In this document: piece by piece, positions 40,706 to 51,219 of the stretch | How positions within the stretch are numbered: position 1 is the stretch's first letter | How the letters are laid out: each line of letters opens with the position of its first letter | Assembly: GCA_963674595.2 (NCBI GenBank) | Contig: CAXXFV010000027.1 | Coordinates: 128,001-192,000, forward strand | DNA: 64,000 nt | Direction of reading: 5' to 3' | DNA from: a bacterium | Lineage (GTDB): Bacteria > Zhuqueibacterota > Zhuqueibacteria > Residuimicrobiales > Krinioviventaceae | Translations under genes and position numbers: made by a program | The notes under the pieces: model-generated | What the model was told of the DNA's origin: nothing | Database searches by the model: none | Seen by the model: the letters and a program-made list of their open reading frames with translations, nothing else

Positions 40706-42003
40706 CACCTGTTCAGATCGGAATTCTGGGTTGTATTTTATTATTAGTTTTGCTTATCAGCAGCATGCCCATTGCTTTTGTAATGGCGGTTGTCGGACTG
40801 ATCGGTTTTGCAGTCGTTGTTACACCGCATGCTGCCATGAGCATGATTACAACAGACCTTTTTTCAACATTTTCATCCTATAGTTTAACTGTTATACCGT
40901 TATTTATTTTTATGGGGCAACTGGCTTTTCATTCCGGTATCAGTAGACGGCTGTTTAACGCAGCTTACAAGTGGTTGGGCGCTTTACCCGGAGGACTGGC
41001 TATGGCGACAATCGGTGCTTGTGCAGGATTTGGAGCTATATGTGGTTCAGGACCGGCAACTGCCGCTACAATGGCTGCCGTGGCGCTCCCTGAAATGAAA
41101 CGTTATAACTATGATGTTGAACTTGGAAGCGGCGCTGTTGCCGCCGGCGGCAGTTTGGGAATGCTAATTCCTCCCAGTGTTGTTTTTATTGTTTACGCTA
41201 TTATGACGGAACAGTCCATAGGGAAACTTTTTCTTGCCGGCATAATCCCCGGTATACTAATCGCTACCATCTTTTGCTTAACAATTTACTTGAACTGTAT
41301 CTCAAGAAAACATCTGGGTCCCCCTGGAAAAAAAACAAGCTTTGTGGAAAAAATAAAATCCCTGAAATTCATTTTCGATACCCTTGTATTATTTTTGCTG
41401 GTAATGGGCGGAATGTTTCTTGGTTTCTTTACTCCGACAGAAGCAGCCGCTATTGGCGCTGCCGGTACATTGCTGATTGCTGTTATAAAAAAACAAATTA
41501 GTATTAAAATGATCATGCAATCACTTCGGGAAACGGTCAGAACTTCTTGTATGGTCATGACAATTGTTGCCGGTGCTGTTATGCTGGGACATTTTTTGGC
41601 GATCACACAAATTCCGTTCCATTTGGCGAACTGGCTCGCCAATTTGCCTTTACCGGGATGGATTATCGTGGCTTTTATTATTGGCTTTTATTTTATCAGC
41701 GGTTGTTTTGTTGATGCTCTTGCATTAATCCTGCTGACAATTCCCATTTTTTATCCGGTCATTACAGAGCTTGGTTACGACCCTATCTGGTTCGGTGTCA
41801 TTATTGTTGTCGTGACTCAAATGGGCGTCATTTCACCGCCTGTCGGCGTGAATGTATATGTCGTGTGCGGGATAGAAAGAGACGTTCCGCTGCAAACTGT
41901 TTTCAAAGGGGCACTGCCCTTTTTACTGGCCCTTATTATTTCTGCCATTATTCTCGTAGCATTTCCTCAGCTATCATTAATATTGCCAAATTTGGTTCAT
42001 TAG
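40702..42003 (+). CDS. dctM: TRAP transporter large permease
   Basis: IPLFIFMG, GSLGMLIPPS, SIGKLFLAGIIPG, DPIWFG, SPPVG. Confidence 0.92.
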   Translation: MTPVQIGILGCILLLVLLISSMPIAFVMAVVGLIGFAVVVTPHAAMSMITTDLFSTFSSYSLTVIPLFIFMGQLAFHSGISRRLFNAAYKWLGALPGGLAMATIGACAGFGAICGSGPATAATMAAVALPEMKRYNYDVELGSGAVAAGGSLGMLIPPSVVFIVYAIMTEQSIGKLFLAGIIPGILIATIFCLTIYLNCISRKHLGPPGKKTSFVEKIKSLKFIFDTLVLFLLVMGGMFLGFFTPTEAAAIGAAGTLLIAVIKKQISIKMIMQSLRETVRTSCMVMTIVAGAVMLGHFLAITQIPFHLANWLANLPLPGWIIVAFIIGFYFISGCFVDALALILLTIPIFYPVITELGYDPIWFGVIIVVVTQMGVISPPVGVNVYVVCGIERDVPLQTVFKGALPFLLALIISAIILVAFPQLSLILPNLVH

Positions 42004-42016
42004 TGCAGGTGAAAAT

Positions 42017-42484
42017 ATGAGTTTAAAAACATTTGACAAAATACTGTTTATCACGGACTTTTCCAAAAACGCAGATCACGCTTTTCAGTATGCGCTCTCT
42101 ATTGCCGATCAAAATAATTCCTCGGAAATGACACTTGTTTTTATTATTCCGGAAGCGGGAGCACAATTCTGGAAATCATATTTATATGAAATTGATGAAA
42201 TCGACCAAAAAGCTGAAAATGATATTAATCTTGAATTTCAAAAAAAATACCTGCCGTTAATACCGGACTATATTAAAGTTTCTACACGAATTATAGACAG
42301 CTATGAACATAATAAAATATTGCAGGCCGCTAAAGACATAAATGCCGACCTGATTGTTTTAGGAAGAGAAAGTAAAGGTTCCTTTGTTAAATTGCTTTCA
42401 AGTGATACTTTAAAAAAGATCACTCAAAAATCGATATGCCCGGTACTTGTAGTGCCTTCGGAACAGAATAAAGATTTACATTAA
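42017..42484 (+). CDS. Universal stress protein
   Basis: KILFITDFS..A; ADLIVLG; CPVLVVP. Confidence 0.88.
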   Translation: MSLKTFDKILFITDFSKNADHAFQYALSIADQNNSSEMTLVFIIPEAGAQFWKSYLYEIDEIDQKAENDINLEFQKKYLPLIPDYIKVSTRIIDSYEHNKILQAAKDINADLIVLGRESKGSFVKLLSSDTLKKITQKSICPVLVVPSEQNKDLH

Positions 42485-42628
42485 GAAGGCTTTTCGCAAT
42501 TATCTTTGGTTCTGTTGGTAAAAACATATCCAAAAAATTCACAAACGATCTAAAAGCAAACATAATTTAAACACACAATTTGTGCTCTTTTCCCCTGTTA
42601 AAACTTGTTAATAAAAAAGTGGTAAACC

Positions 42629-43807
42629 ATGAAAACAATATCCCGTTTATTTATCCTCCTTTTACTCACCTGTTCTGTCTATGGACAATCAATTGATGAT
42701 TTGGGAACCGTGCTTGCCCACTCCAAAGCCGGCACAAAAATATACCTTGGTTGTCCATCAATCGTCACCTTACCGGACGGCACATTAATAGCAAGTCATA
42801 GTTTATTTGGGCCGGAATCTTCCAATGACATTGCAGATAATGTTAAAGTTTTTGTTTTTCAATCCAAAGATAGAGGAGAATCCTGGGAAAGAATTTCAGG
42901 CTTGAAAAACATTTACTGGGCCAACCTGTTTTACCATAACGACCATCTTTATATTATGGGAGCCTCCAAAGCCTACGGGGCCCTGGTCATTAAAAAAAGC
43001 AGTGACGGCGGTAAAACATGGACAGAACCGGTTGATAAAAAGCACGGACTGCTTCGCAATGATTTTGAGTACCATACCGCACCGGTCCCAGTTATAGAAA
43101 AAAACGGTCGTCTTTACCGGGCCGTTGAAGTGAGGAGTCCGGCTTATGGTTGGGGCATCAACTTTGAAACCTTGATTGTTTCCACACCTGCCGACGCAGA
43201 CCTGCTGGATGCCGATAACTGGAAAACATCGAACCGGCTGCATTTTAATCAGGAATGGACGGGCAGCGCCTGGCTGGAAGGAAACGTGGTAATCACCCCG
43301 GAAAATGAAATCGTTAATATGTTAAGAGTACATTATCTGCCTCATGGCGGACTGGCAGCCATGGTTAAATATGATGAAAAAGCAAATCGAATTTCCTTTG
43401 ATCCGGAAAAGGATTTTATCTATTTCCCCGGAGGAAGTAAAAAATTTACCATCCGTTATGATGAAAAAAGCAAACGTTACTGGACCTTGTCCAATTTTAT
43501 CAGGGATTTTGGTCACAACCCGGAGCGTACCCGAAATTGCCTCGCTCTTAGTTCGTCTCCTGACCTGTTAAACTGGACGGTTCACAAAGAAGTACTTTAT
43601 CACCCTGATGTTGAAAAACATGGATTCCAGTATGCTGATTGGCAGTTTGACGGAAACGATCTTATTACTTTGGTACGCGTTGCCTATGATGACGAATTCG
43701 GCGGCGCCGATAATCAGCATAATGCCAATTATATATTGTTTAAACGTGTTCCTGATTATAGAAATGTCGTTAAAGATACGATCGCCACTTTTTCGAATGA
43801 AAAATAA
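42629..43807 (+). CDS. BNR/Asp-box exo-sialidase-like beta-propeller protein
   Basis: Signal peptide; Asp-boxes SKDRGESW and SSDGGKTW; WLEGNVV; GFQYADW. Confidence 0.8.
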   Translation: MKTISRLFILLLLTCSVYGQSIDDLGTVLAHSKAGTKIYLGCPSIVTLPDGTLIASHSLFGPESSNDIADNVKVFVFQSKDRGESWERISGLKNIYWANLFYHNDHLYIMGASKAYGALVIKKSSDGGKTWTEPVDKKHGLLRNDFEYHTAPVPVIEKNGRLYRAVEVRSPAYGWGINFETLIVSTPADADLLDADNWKTSNRLHFNQEWTGSAWLEGNVVITPENEIVNMLRVHYLPHGGLAAMVKYDEKANRISFDPEKDFIYFPGGSKKFTIRYDEKSKRYWTLSNFIRDFGHNPERTRNCLALSSSPDLLNWTVHKEVLYHPDVEKHGFQYADWQFDGNDLITLVRVAYDDEFGGADNQHNANYILFKRVPDYRNVVKDTIATFSNEK

Positions 43808-43885
43808 TCTATTTCATTCACTACTCTATTTTATTTAATCTTTAACCTGGGGCAGCCAAAAATTTAATATTTTTTAAAATTCATC

Positions 43886-44064
43886 TTGCGTAGATTTTAT
43901 TTAATTCGTAATATTCTATTGTCAGGCGTAACAGGTTGTTTTCAGAATGGTTGGGAAATTGTGGGATATTTCGAAAAAAACCTGACTGACTTTCCATTTT
44001 TTAAATACGGGATTGACGGTATAAACGAAGAGATTGCATTGGATTCATTGCCATATTGCTGTTG
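43886..44064 (+). promoter_or_regulatory. Promoter plus conserved structured leader, copy 2 of 3
   Basis: TTGCGT-17-TAATAT, then GTCAG/CTGAC and CAGGTT/AACCTG stems; aligns with the other two copies. Confidence 0.6.
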
Positions 44065-44208
44065 GTTTACACGTCTGATTATATAATTTATAAACATTCT
44101 TTTAATAAATTTGGGTTTTTGTATTTATAGCGGTTGCTGATTTTTGTCAAATTGTATTAGAGGACATTGTTGTAAAATCTAAAAATTTTGAGCGATAAAG
44201 GAAATACT

Positions 44209-46230
44209 ATGAAAACAAAAATATTTATTCTTTCCATCTTTTTCTCAATAATATTGGGAAATAGTGTTGTTTATTGTTTTAGAAATCCGATTCAAATTGC
44301 AACCTCAAATTTAAAGGGCGCTACATATTATACAAATAACCGATTCATTGCACGAACATCGGATGATCGTTTGGTTGTTATTTATACCGACAAATTTGAC
44401 TCACAATATCAAATTTACTGGACATATAGCGATCATGGCTTTTCCTGGGCACCTCCTCAACTGCTTGCTGATGGAGATAATTGTGGTTTAACAATAGACG
44501 AAAATGATAATATATACCTCATTTACACCAATGATGAAAATGTGATATTCTTTTCAGTCCTTGAAAATGGAAAAAACATGTGGAATGAACCCATTAATGC
44601 AAAAACGATAGACGGCGATATAATCAAAGGTGAAGTGTCTGCCATCGAAGTAAGCGATTCTAATCTTATTCTTCTATATCTAAATAATGGATTATATTAT
44701 CATTCTTTTGCCCTGCCCTCATTATGTCCCACAAGTAATGCTGAACTAATAACTACTAAACCGACTGGTAAATTTTCAATTGCCGCTGATATCAGATTTA
44801 AAAAAGGCCCAATACATATCATGTGGGCTTCTGGTGATCTCTATTATTGTAACATAAACAATAACTCCGGCTCTAACTGGAATCTGTCATTTGATCCTGT
44901 CAGCATTAATGGATTTACTATAAGGTATTGGTCGCATGATTTTTATGAATTTATTAGTCCAAAAAGACCTTCAATGTCTGTTGATAATGATAACCATAAT
45001 GGCAATGAATATTATATTTCTTATGCCTTTGGTGACGAGAATAGGCTTGTAACCGGATTTATTTCAGCAAACAATAATAATGCTTCATTTCGTTATTTTG
45101 ATTTCTACGAAACTGAAAATGAACAGATCTTTCCATGCGTGGATGATGTGGTAAATATAGATCAATCTTGCGCTTTGGTTTGGAATGGTGATGTTGATAA
45201 AAATATTTATTATGCACAAATGGAAGCAGCATATTTAGGGACACTCCCTCCAATTCCGGTTTCAGATGATAATGACAGCTATAAATCTCATCCCAATGTT
45301 TGTTATCGCACATTTCGGGCTGATTATTTTGATGTTATTTGGACGGAAGGAAATGCTCCGCCATACAAAGTTATGTTTAGACGAATGGGCAAGAGATCTA
45401 ATCGACTACCACAGAACCTTACCATAGAAAAAAAAAGCTTTTACTATATTCCTTACCAAAAGTACTGGAATGTTTCATCGATTGCAGCGGGAGGCAAACA
45501 TCCATACAATTGGGAGGTCCTTTCAGGTTTTTTACCACCCGGTTTAACAATTGAAGAGGAGGATTGTATTAAAGGGACACCTACAAAATCAGGAAACTAT
45601 AACTGTCTTGTTAAAGTAACAGATTCAACAATTCCGGCCGATTCAGATTCGAAAAACTTTTATTTTAATATAATCAATCATGCGCCAGAGATTACCTCGC
45701 CTGATACAGTATATGTTAAAATTGACAGCCTTTTGCAATATCAACCCACAGCAGATGATATGGAGGAAAATTCCATACAATGGCATTTTAGTGAATATCC
45801 AGTCTGGATGACGGCTGATTCATCCCGGATACAGGGCATTGTCCCCTCTGACTTTGAGGATGCGTCCTTTATTATTACAGCGTCTGACGGTGAGCTGGCA
45901 GATACCCTGCGTGTTTACGTCAAGTTATTTAACAGCACCTCTGTGGATGGAAACAGTGGCATCCCCTTAAAATTCACTCTTTACCAGAACTATCCAAATC
46001 CTTTTAATCCGGCGACAATAATAAAATACAGGTTGGCTAAAGCAAATAAAGTAACATTAAAAATATTTAATCTTTGTGGTCAGGAAGAAGAAACACTGGT
46101 AGATGATTTTCAATCAGCAGGTGAGCATACCTTATATTGGCAGCCAAAAAATTTAACCAGCGGCTTGTATTTTTACAGATTATATGCTGGCGAATTTTCA
46201 GCAACAAAGAAATTAATTTTACTAAAATAA
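44209..46230 (+). CDS. Secreted protein with BNR-like N-terminus, putative Ig repeats and C-terminal T9SS-type sorting-like domain
   Basis: Signal peptide; YSDHGFSW; GGKHPYNWEVLSGFLPPGL..GTPT; LYQNYPNPFNPAT..SGLYFYRL. Confidence 0.78.
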   Translation: MKTKIFILSIFFSIILGNSVVYCFRNPIQIATSNLKGATYYTNNRFIARTSDDRLVVIYTDKFDSQYQIYWTYSDHGFSWAPPQLLADGDNCGLTIDENDNIYLIYTNDENVIFFSVLENGKNMWNEPINAKTIDGDIIKGEVSAIEVSDSNLILLYLNNGLYYHSFALPSLCPTSNAELITTKPTGKFSIAADIRFKKGPIHIMWASGDLYYCNINNNSGSNWNLSFDPVSINGFTIRYWSHDFYEFISPKRPSMSVDNDNHNGNEYYISYAFGDENRLVTGFISANNNNASFRYFDFYETENEQIFPCVDDVVNIDQSCALVWNGDVDKNIYYAQMEAAYLGTLPPIPVSDDNDSYKSHPNVCYRTFRADYFDVIWTEGNAPPYKVMFRRMGKRSNRLPQNLTIEKKSFYYIPYQKYWNVSSIAAGGKHPYNWEVLSGFLPPGLTIEEEDCIKGTPTKSGNYNCLVKVTDSTIPADSDSKNFYFNIINHAPEITSPDTVYVKIDSLLQYQPTADDMEENSIQWHFSEYPVWMTADSSRIQGIVPSDFEDASFIITASDGELADTLRVYVKLFNSTSVDGNSGIPLKFTLYQNYPNPFNPATIIKYRLAKANKVTLKIFNLCGQEEETLVDDFQSAGEHTLYWQPKNLTSGLYFYRLYAGEFSATKKLILLK

Positions 46231-46624
46231 CTTTTGTAACTTATGCTGCCTGTTTGTCGTACTTTTGGTGGATTAAACCCGTTGTAAAAAAGAAAATTTT
46301 TGTAATAGCAAATAATAATTTTACAATGCTATTACATAATAACTGAATAGAAATACCAGGCCCCTTTTTTACCACTCAGGGAATTGTTCCTGCTCAGTGT
46401 TAAATATGGTCTACAGAATTTAAAAGCTGTTTTAAGACCAGTTGTGAATTTACAGACTCACTGAAAACTTTAGATTGGTTTTCTATTTTAATCAGGAGTA
46501 GAATTGTTATATTCAGCAGAATTTGAAATTAATCCATATACTTCAAAAAATCCAAAAACGCTTATTACAACCAGTTTGTTTAAACTTGATAAAAATATTT
46601 CTTAAACCATAAAAAGAGTCTTAT

Positions 46625-47320
46625 ATGAGTACACAATCAAATACTAATAGTTTAAAAGATAACACCCCGATTGGTTTATTTACAAAACAGCACGCCAAAA
46701 TCGGTAAAATAACAGCGTGGTCTACTTCAATACTCATCATTATATATTTTATTACACTCATTCTCGGACTGTTGTCGCTATCTTCTCCTCAGGATCCAAT
46801 CGGAAATCCATATTTTACCATACTGGAACTAATCATTCTTTTACTTGCTCCTCTTATGGTCATAACAATGGTCGTCGTTCATCTTTATGCGTCTAACGAG
46901 AAAAAATTATACTCTTTAACAGCACTTGTATTTATATCAATAATGGCATGCATTACTTCCGGTTTACATTTTGTTGTTTTAACAATAAGCCGGTATCAAG
47001 AGTTTACAAGTCTTGTCTGGACTCCCCTATTTTTCTCATTTAATTGGCCCTCCGTTGTATATACGCTGGACATTCTTGCCTGGGATATTTTCTATTCTCT
47101 TTCAATGTTATTTGCAGCAGCCGTGTTTGCTGAAAAAGGATTGGAGAGGATTATACGAATTTTTCTGATTACAAGCGGTGTGCTTTCATTAATCGGAATT
47201 ATCGGCATCCCGTTAAACAATATGCAAGTTCGAAATATCGGTATAATCGGATATACTGTTTTTGCCATTATTGTCTTTTTTCTATTTGGACTGGCTTTTA
47301 ACCGCAAGGTGCGTAAGTAG
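46625..47320 (+). CDS. Hypothetical multi-pass membrane protein
   Basis: 231 aa with about six hydrophobic helices; FNWPSVVYTLDILAWD. Confidence 0.7.
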   Translation: MSTQSNTNSLKDNTPIGLFTKQHAKIGKITAWSTSILIIIYFITLILGLLSLSSPQDPIGNPYFTILELIILLLAPLMVITMVVVHLYASNEKKLYSLTALVFISIMACITSGLHFVVLTISRYQEFTSLVWTPLFFSFNWPSVVYTLDILAWDIFYSLSMLFAAAVFAEKGLERIIRIFLITSGVLSLIGIIGIPLNNMQVRNIGIIGYTVFAIIVFFLFGLAFNRKVRK

Positions 47321-47345
47321 AAAACTGATTTGATTTTGAGAGTGA

Positions 47346-48287
47346 ATGAAAGAGATGAGCGTATTTACAAAATTAGCAACGACGGTTTCATTACTATGTG
47401 TTTTATGGATACAACCCCTGTATTCAAATTCTATTAAAGCCGATCTTTCTGCTGATTCTACCAAGCAAAACAATCAACACTTTTACAAAGCAATGGGATA
47501 TACATCCGCTTATTATACAGGATCATTATTTATTTTGAGTAAAACCTGGTATAATGACAAAGACAGGGTATCATTTCATTTTTATAATGATAACAGAGGT
47601 TACCTGCAGGTTGACAAATGCGGTCACACTTTTGGCGCCTATGTTTATAGCTATTTAGGTTATCACTATTTAGTACATTCAGGTGCCTCAAAAAAGGACG
47701 CATTATTATATGGAGCGACCCTTGGGCTCATTCTCCAAACACCCATAGAAATTATGGACGGCTCTTATGAAGGTTACGGATTTTCATGGGGCGACATGGC
47801 TGCCAATACATTAGGATCGGTTTTGGTATTTGGGCAGGAACTATTGTTTAAAGAACAATTGCTTAAATATAAATTCAGCTATTGGGAGTCGAGTTATTCT
47901 CAAAATGCAAACGGGTACCTTGGCACCACAACTTTTGATCGTATTCTCAATGATTATAATGGTCACACATATTGGTTGTCATTTCCTGTTTGCAAAGTTG
48001 TTAACGTGAATAATATCCCCAAATGGTTAAATATCGCTGTTGGGTATGGTGCAAATGGCATGTATGGTGAATTTGAAAATATTAATGAATACAATGGAGT
48101 TGCTATTCCCGAGACAACAAGATACAGACAATATCTTTTGTCTCTTGATGTTGATTGGACAAAAATTCAAACAAATTCAAAAATTTTAAATTTCATTTTA
48201 AAAAGTATGACATTTATAAAACTACCTTTTCCTGCTTTCGAGTATAATTCCAAAGGTGAGTTTAAAGGATATTGGTTATATTACTAA
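47346..48287 (+). CDS. DUF2279 (YfiM-like) family protein
   Basis: FHFYNDNRGYLQVDKCGH, EIMDG..YGFSWGDMAANTLG, DYNGHTYWLS. Confidence 0.82.
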   Translation: MKEMSVFTKLATTVSLLCVLWIQPLYSNSIKADLSADSTKQNNQHFYKAMGYTSAYYTGSLFILSKTWYNDKDRVSFHFYNDNRGYLQVDKCGHTFGAYVYSYLGYHYLVHSGASKKDALLYGATLGLILQTPIEIMDGSYEGYGFSWGDMAANTLGSVLVFGQELLFKEQLLKYKFSYWESSYSQNANGYLGTTTFDRILNDYNGHTYWLSFPVCKVVNVNNIPKWLNIAVGYGANGMYGEFENINEYNGVAIPETTRYRQYLLSLDVDWTKIQTNSKILNFILKSMTFIKLPFPAFEYNSKGEFKGYWLYY

Positions 48288-48343
48288 TACAACAAACATC
48301 TTTTAAATTGATAAAAAATCAATAGATACAATTAGAGATATTT

Positions 48344-48946
48344 ATGACAAACGAAATAACCCTTCCTCTACCTCAAACAGACCTTGATTTTCCGTTAATG
48401 AAAGCGTTGGCAAATCGTCGTACAAAAAGAAAATGGGGAAATGGTCAACTTTCTGATCAGGAACTTTCCAATCTTTTATGGGCTGCCTGCGGAGTTACAC
48501 TGGAAGAGACAAAAAAAAGTAAAAGCAGAAGAACGGCCCCGTCTGCCTGTAACTCGCAGGAAATTAAAATATACCTGGCTATGGATAAAGGTGTTTACCT
48601 TTACGATGAAAGAGATCACAAGCTGGTACAGGTCCTTGCAAAAGATATTAGAAAAAACATCGGCACCCAAAAAATGATGCAAAATGCCCCCATCGGATTG
48701 ATTTATGTTTCTGATTATTTGAAAATGAAAACATTTTTATTCAAAGATGATAATCGAAAATGGTTTGTTTCAGCAACAGATACCGGATTTATCAGTCAAA
48801 ATGTTTACCTGTATTGTGCAGCGGCAAAACTGAATACAGCTATTCTCAGTTTGGTGGACAGAAACAATCTGCATGAAATTATGGGGTTAAAAGATAATGA
48901 AAAAATTGTTTATACGCAGGTTGTGGGGAAATCAACAGATAGTTGA
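48344..48946 (+). CDS. Nitroreductase family (SagB/ThcOx-like)
   Basis: LMKALANRRT, LSNLLWAACG, RTAPSACN, DTGFISQNVYL. Confidence 0.88.
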   Translation: MTNEITLPLPQTDLDFPLMKALANRRTKRKWGNGQLSDQELSNLLWAACGVTLEETKKSKSRRTAPSACNSQEIKIYLAMDKGVYLYDERDHKLVQVLAKDIRKNIGTQKMMQNAPIGLIYVSDYLKMKTFLFKDDNRKWFVSATDTGFISQNVYLYCAAAKLNTAILSLVDRNNLHEIMGLKDNEKIVYTQVVGKSTDS

Positions 48947-49127
48947 ATATATTATACCACAAATAAAATGGGAGTTAATCATTCCGGGGAATGGTTATAA
49001 GAACTATTATAACCTATTTTTTTATAGAATTTTAAATATATATTTTTTATTATATTATTAATTCATATTGAAAAGACACTGAATATGTTTTTTAGTTACT
49101 CAGAAATATAAAAATTACAGCTTAATT

Positions 49128-49745
49128 ATGACAGATTATTTGACTTTTACCTTATCCGTTTTTACAGGCTTTTTTGCCATTATGAACCCGATTGCCAACA
49201 TTCCCATTTTTTTATCGTTTGTTCAAGAGGCTGATATTCAAACAAAGGATGTTATTAACAAAAGGGCAACAATAACCGCTTTTTTAATTGTTTTAACATT
49301 CGTATTGCTCGGCAAGTTTATATTTGAGTTATTCGGCATTACCATACCGGCTTTTAAAATAACGGGTGGGATTTTAGTATTTTATGTTGGTTTTGAAATG
49401 CTTCAATCCAAAAAGTCTAACATCGTACATCTCAAAAAATCAAAAATAGATAAAGATATTGCCATATCTCCTTTAGCCATTCCTATATTAGCCGGACCGG
49501 GAACAATTGTAACAGCTATGAATTTTGTAACAAATTCCAATTACATTCACATTTCCATAGTCATTGTGGTTTTTGCGCTTATGTGCTATTTAACTTATCT
49601 GGCTTTTCATTTGAGCGAATATTTTGTTGAAAAAATAGGACATAACATAATCAAAGTTATTGGAAAGTTAATGGGCCTTATTCTGGCAATCATCGGAACG
49701 GATATGATCATTCAGGGTATAAAACTCTCTTTTAATCTAAATTAG
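49128..49745 (+). CDS. MarC family membrane protein
   Basis: FFAIMNP, FGITIPAFKITGG, PLAIPILAGPG, KLMGLILA. Confidence 0.9.
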   Translation: MTDYLTFTLSVFTGFFAIMNPIANIPIFLSFVQEADIQTKDVINKRATITAFLIVLTFVLLGKFIFELFGITIPAFKITGGILVFYVGFEMLQSKKSNIVHLKKSKIDKDIAISPLAIPILAGPGTIVTAMNFVTNSNYIHISIVIVVFALMCYLTYLAFHLSEYFVEKIGHNIIKVIGKLMGLILAIIGTDMIIQGIKLSFNLN

Positions 49746-49767
49746 CAAGTTGGAAAGAGTTTAATTT

Positions 49768-51117
49768 ATGGTGAAAAGTACAACTACAAACAATAGACAC
49801 AAACTGATTACCGATGAAAATTTGAAAAACATAGGACTTTTGTTATATGCCCTGTTAATAGGGATTATTGCAGGAGCGGTTGGCGGATTTTTTAGAAACA
49901 TGCTTGGTTATGTAGAAGGATTCAGAGAAAATTTATATAACAATGCAGGACATTCCGGATTTTTTAGTTGGTTATGGCCGTTTTTATTTGCAATTATCGG
50001 CATCAGCATTTCATTATATTTGGTTAAGCGATTTGCACCGGAAACATCAGGAAGCGGTGTTCAGGAAATTGAAGGCGCACTGGATGGCAAGAGACCCATG
50101 CGCTGGAAAAGAGTCCTGCCGGTAAAATTTATCGCTTCTATTTTTTCCCTGGGCAGCGGATTATTATTAGGACGCGAAGGACCAACCATTCAATTGGGCG
50201 CTAATATAGGGCAAATGGTTAAGGACACATTGGGCCATCCGGACACCAAAAACAATCCCCTGGTTTCTGCAGGCGCGGCTGCCGGTCTTGCCAGTGCTTT
50301 TAATGCCCCTTTCGCAGGGATCATTTTTGTTATTGAAGAAATGCACGGTCATTTTAGATTTAATTTTTATTCAGTGGCTGCCATAATGATTGGCGCCGGA
50401 TCATCCGATTTTGTTGTGCGGGCCTTTTTCGACCCAAATCCGGTTATAAAAATGACTGTCTTTCCATCTCCGCATATTTTCAGCTTGTGGTTGTTTATTA
50501 TATTAGGTTTAATATTTAGCGTCCTGGGATATTTTTTCAATAAACTGCTCATTCTGTCTCTGGATTGTTTTAAAATCTTTTCAAAATCACCGGTTCTTTT
50601 TTTAGGTTCATTCGTCGGATTAACCATTGCGGTAGTTGGAATTTTTTCCTCGGAAATGATCGGTGGTGGATATGAGACAATTACTAAAGTTCTTGACAAT
50701 TCCTATGCAATGTTATTTTTGCTGATTCTTTTTTCAATAAGAATGCTATTATCAATTTTTAGTTATGCAACAGGTGTATCCGGCGGAATCTTTATACCAA
50801 TGCTTACGCTCGGTGTCATTTTAGGTATGTTTTTTGGAAACATTGCACAAATTTATTTCCCAGCTTTAATTTCGCATCCGGGTGTTTTTGCTGTGGCGGG
50901 GATGGCTGGGATATTTGCATCAACTGTCAGGGCGCCGCTTACAGGGTTGGTCCTGGCTATTGAAATGACATCAAATTTTGAATTGGTATTACCTTTAATT
51001 GTTACCACTGTTACGGCATCGGTATGTACAGCTTTATTGGGTAATAAGCCGATTTACACAACTTTATTAGACCGTACTTTGCAAAACGCTAAAAATAGCG
51101 AGGATTCCAACAGGTAA
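49768..51117 (+). CDS. clcA: ClC H+/Cl- exchange transporter
   Basis: GSGVQE, GREGP, GAAAGLASAFNAP, IEEM (proton Glu), GGIFIPM, KPIY. Confidence 0.88.
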   Translation: MVKSTTTNNRHKLITDENLKNIGLLLYALLIGIIAGAVGGFFRNMLGYVEGFRENLYNNAGHSGFFSWLWPFLFAIIGISISLYLVKRFAPETSGSGVQEIEGALDGKRPMRWKRVLPVKFIASIFSLGSGLLLGREGPTIQLGANIGQMVKDTLGHPDTKNNPLVSAGAAAGLASAFNAPFAGIIFVIEEMHGHFRFNFYSVAAIMIGAGSSDFVVRAFFDPNPVIKMTVFPSPHIFSLWLFIILGLIFSVLGYFFNKLLILSLDCFKIFSKSPVLFLGSFVGLTIAVVGIFSSEMIGGGYETITKVLDNSYAMLFLLILFSIRMLLSIFSYATGVSGGIFIPMLTLGVILGMFFGNIAQIYFPALISHPGVFAVAGMAGIFASTVRAPLTGLVLAIEMTSNFELVLPLIVTTVTASVCTALLGNKPIYTTLLDRTLQNAKNSEDSNR

Positions 51118-51219
51118 TATAAAATCGTTAATCTGTAATTATGATTCTTTTCTTTTAGTGGAATATAATTCTACAGTATTTTCAATAATCACATATTTTA
51201 CTTTATTTGGAACTGGTTA

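Noticed and set aside
43921-44064. Three-copy element as integron attC sites (TAAC near the start, GTT at the end)
   Set aside because: Elements sit 5' of genes directly behind promoters rather than after stops, copy 1 lacks the RYYYAAC box, the two ends do not form one long attC hairpin, and there is no intI
43886-44086. Leader-encoded peptide (CFQNGWE shared by copies 2 and 3)
   Set aside because: The frame is broken in copy 3 after 23 codons and not conserved in copy 1; the listed ORF starts within the -35 box
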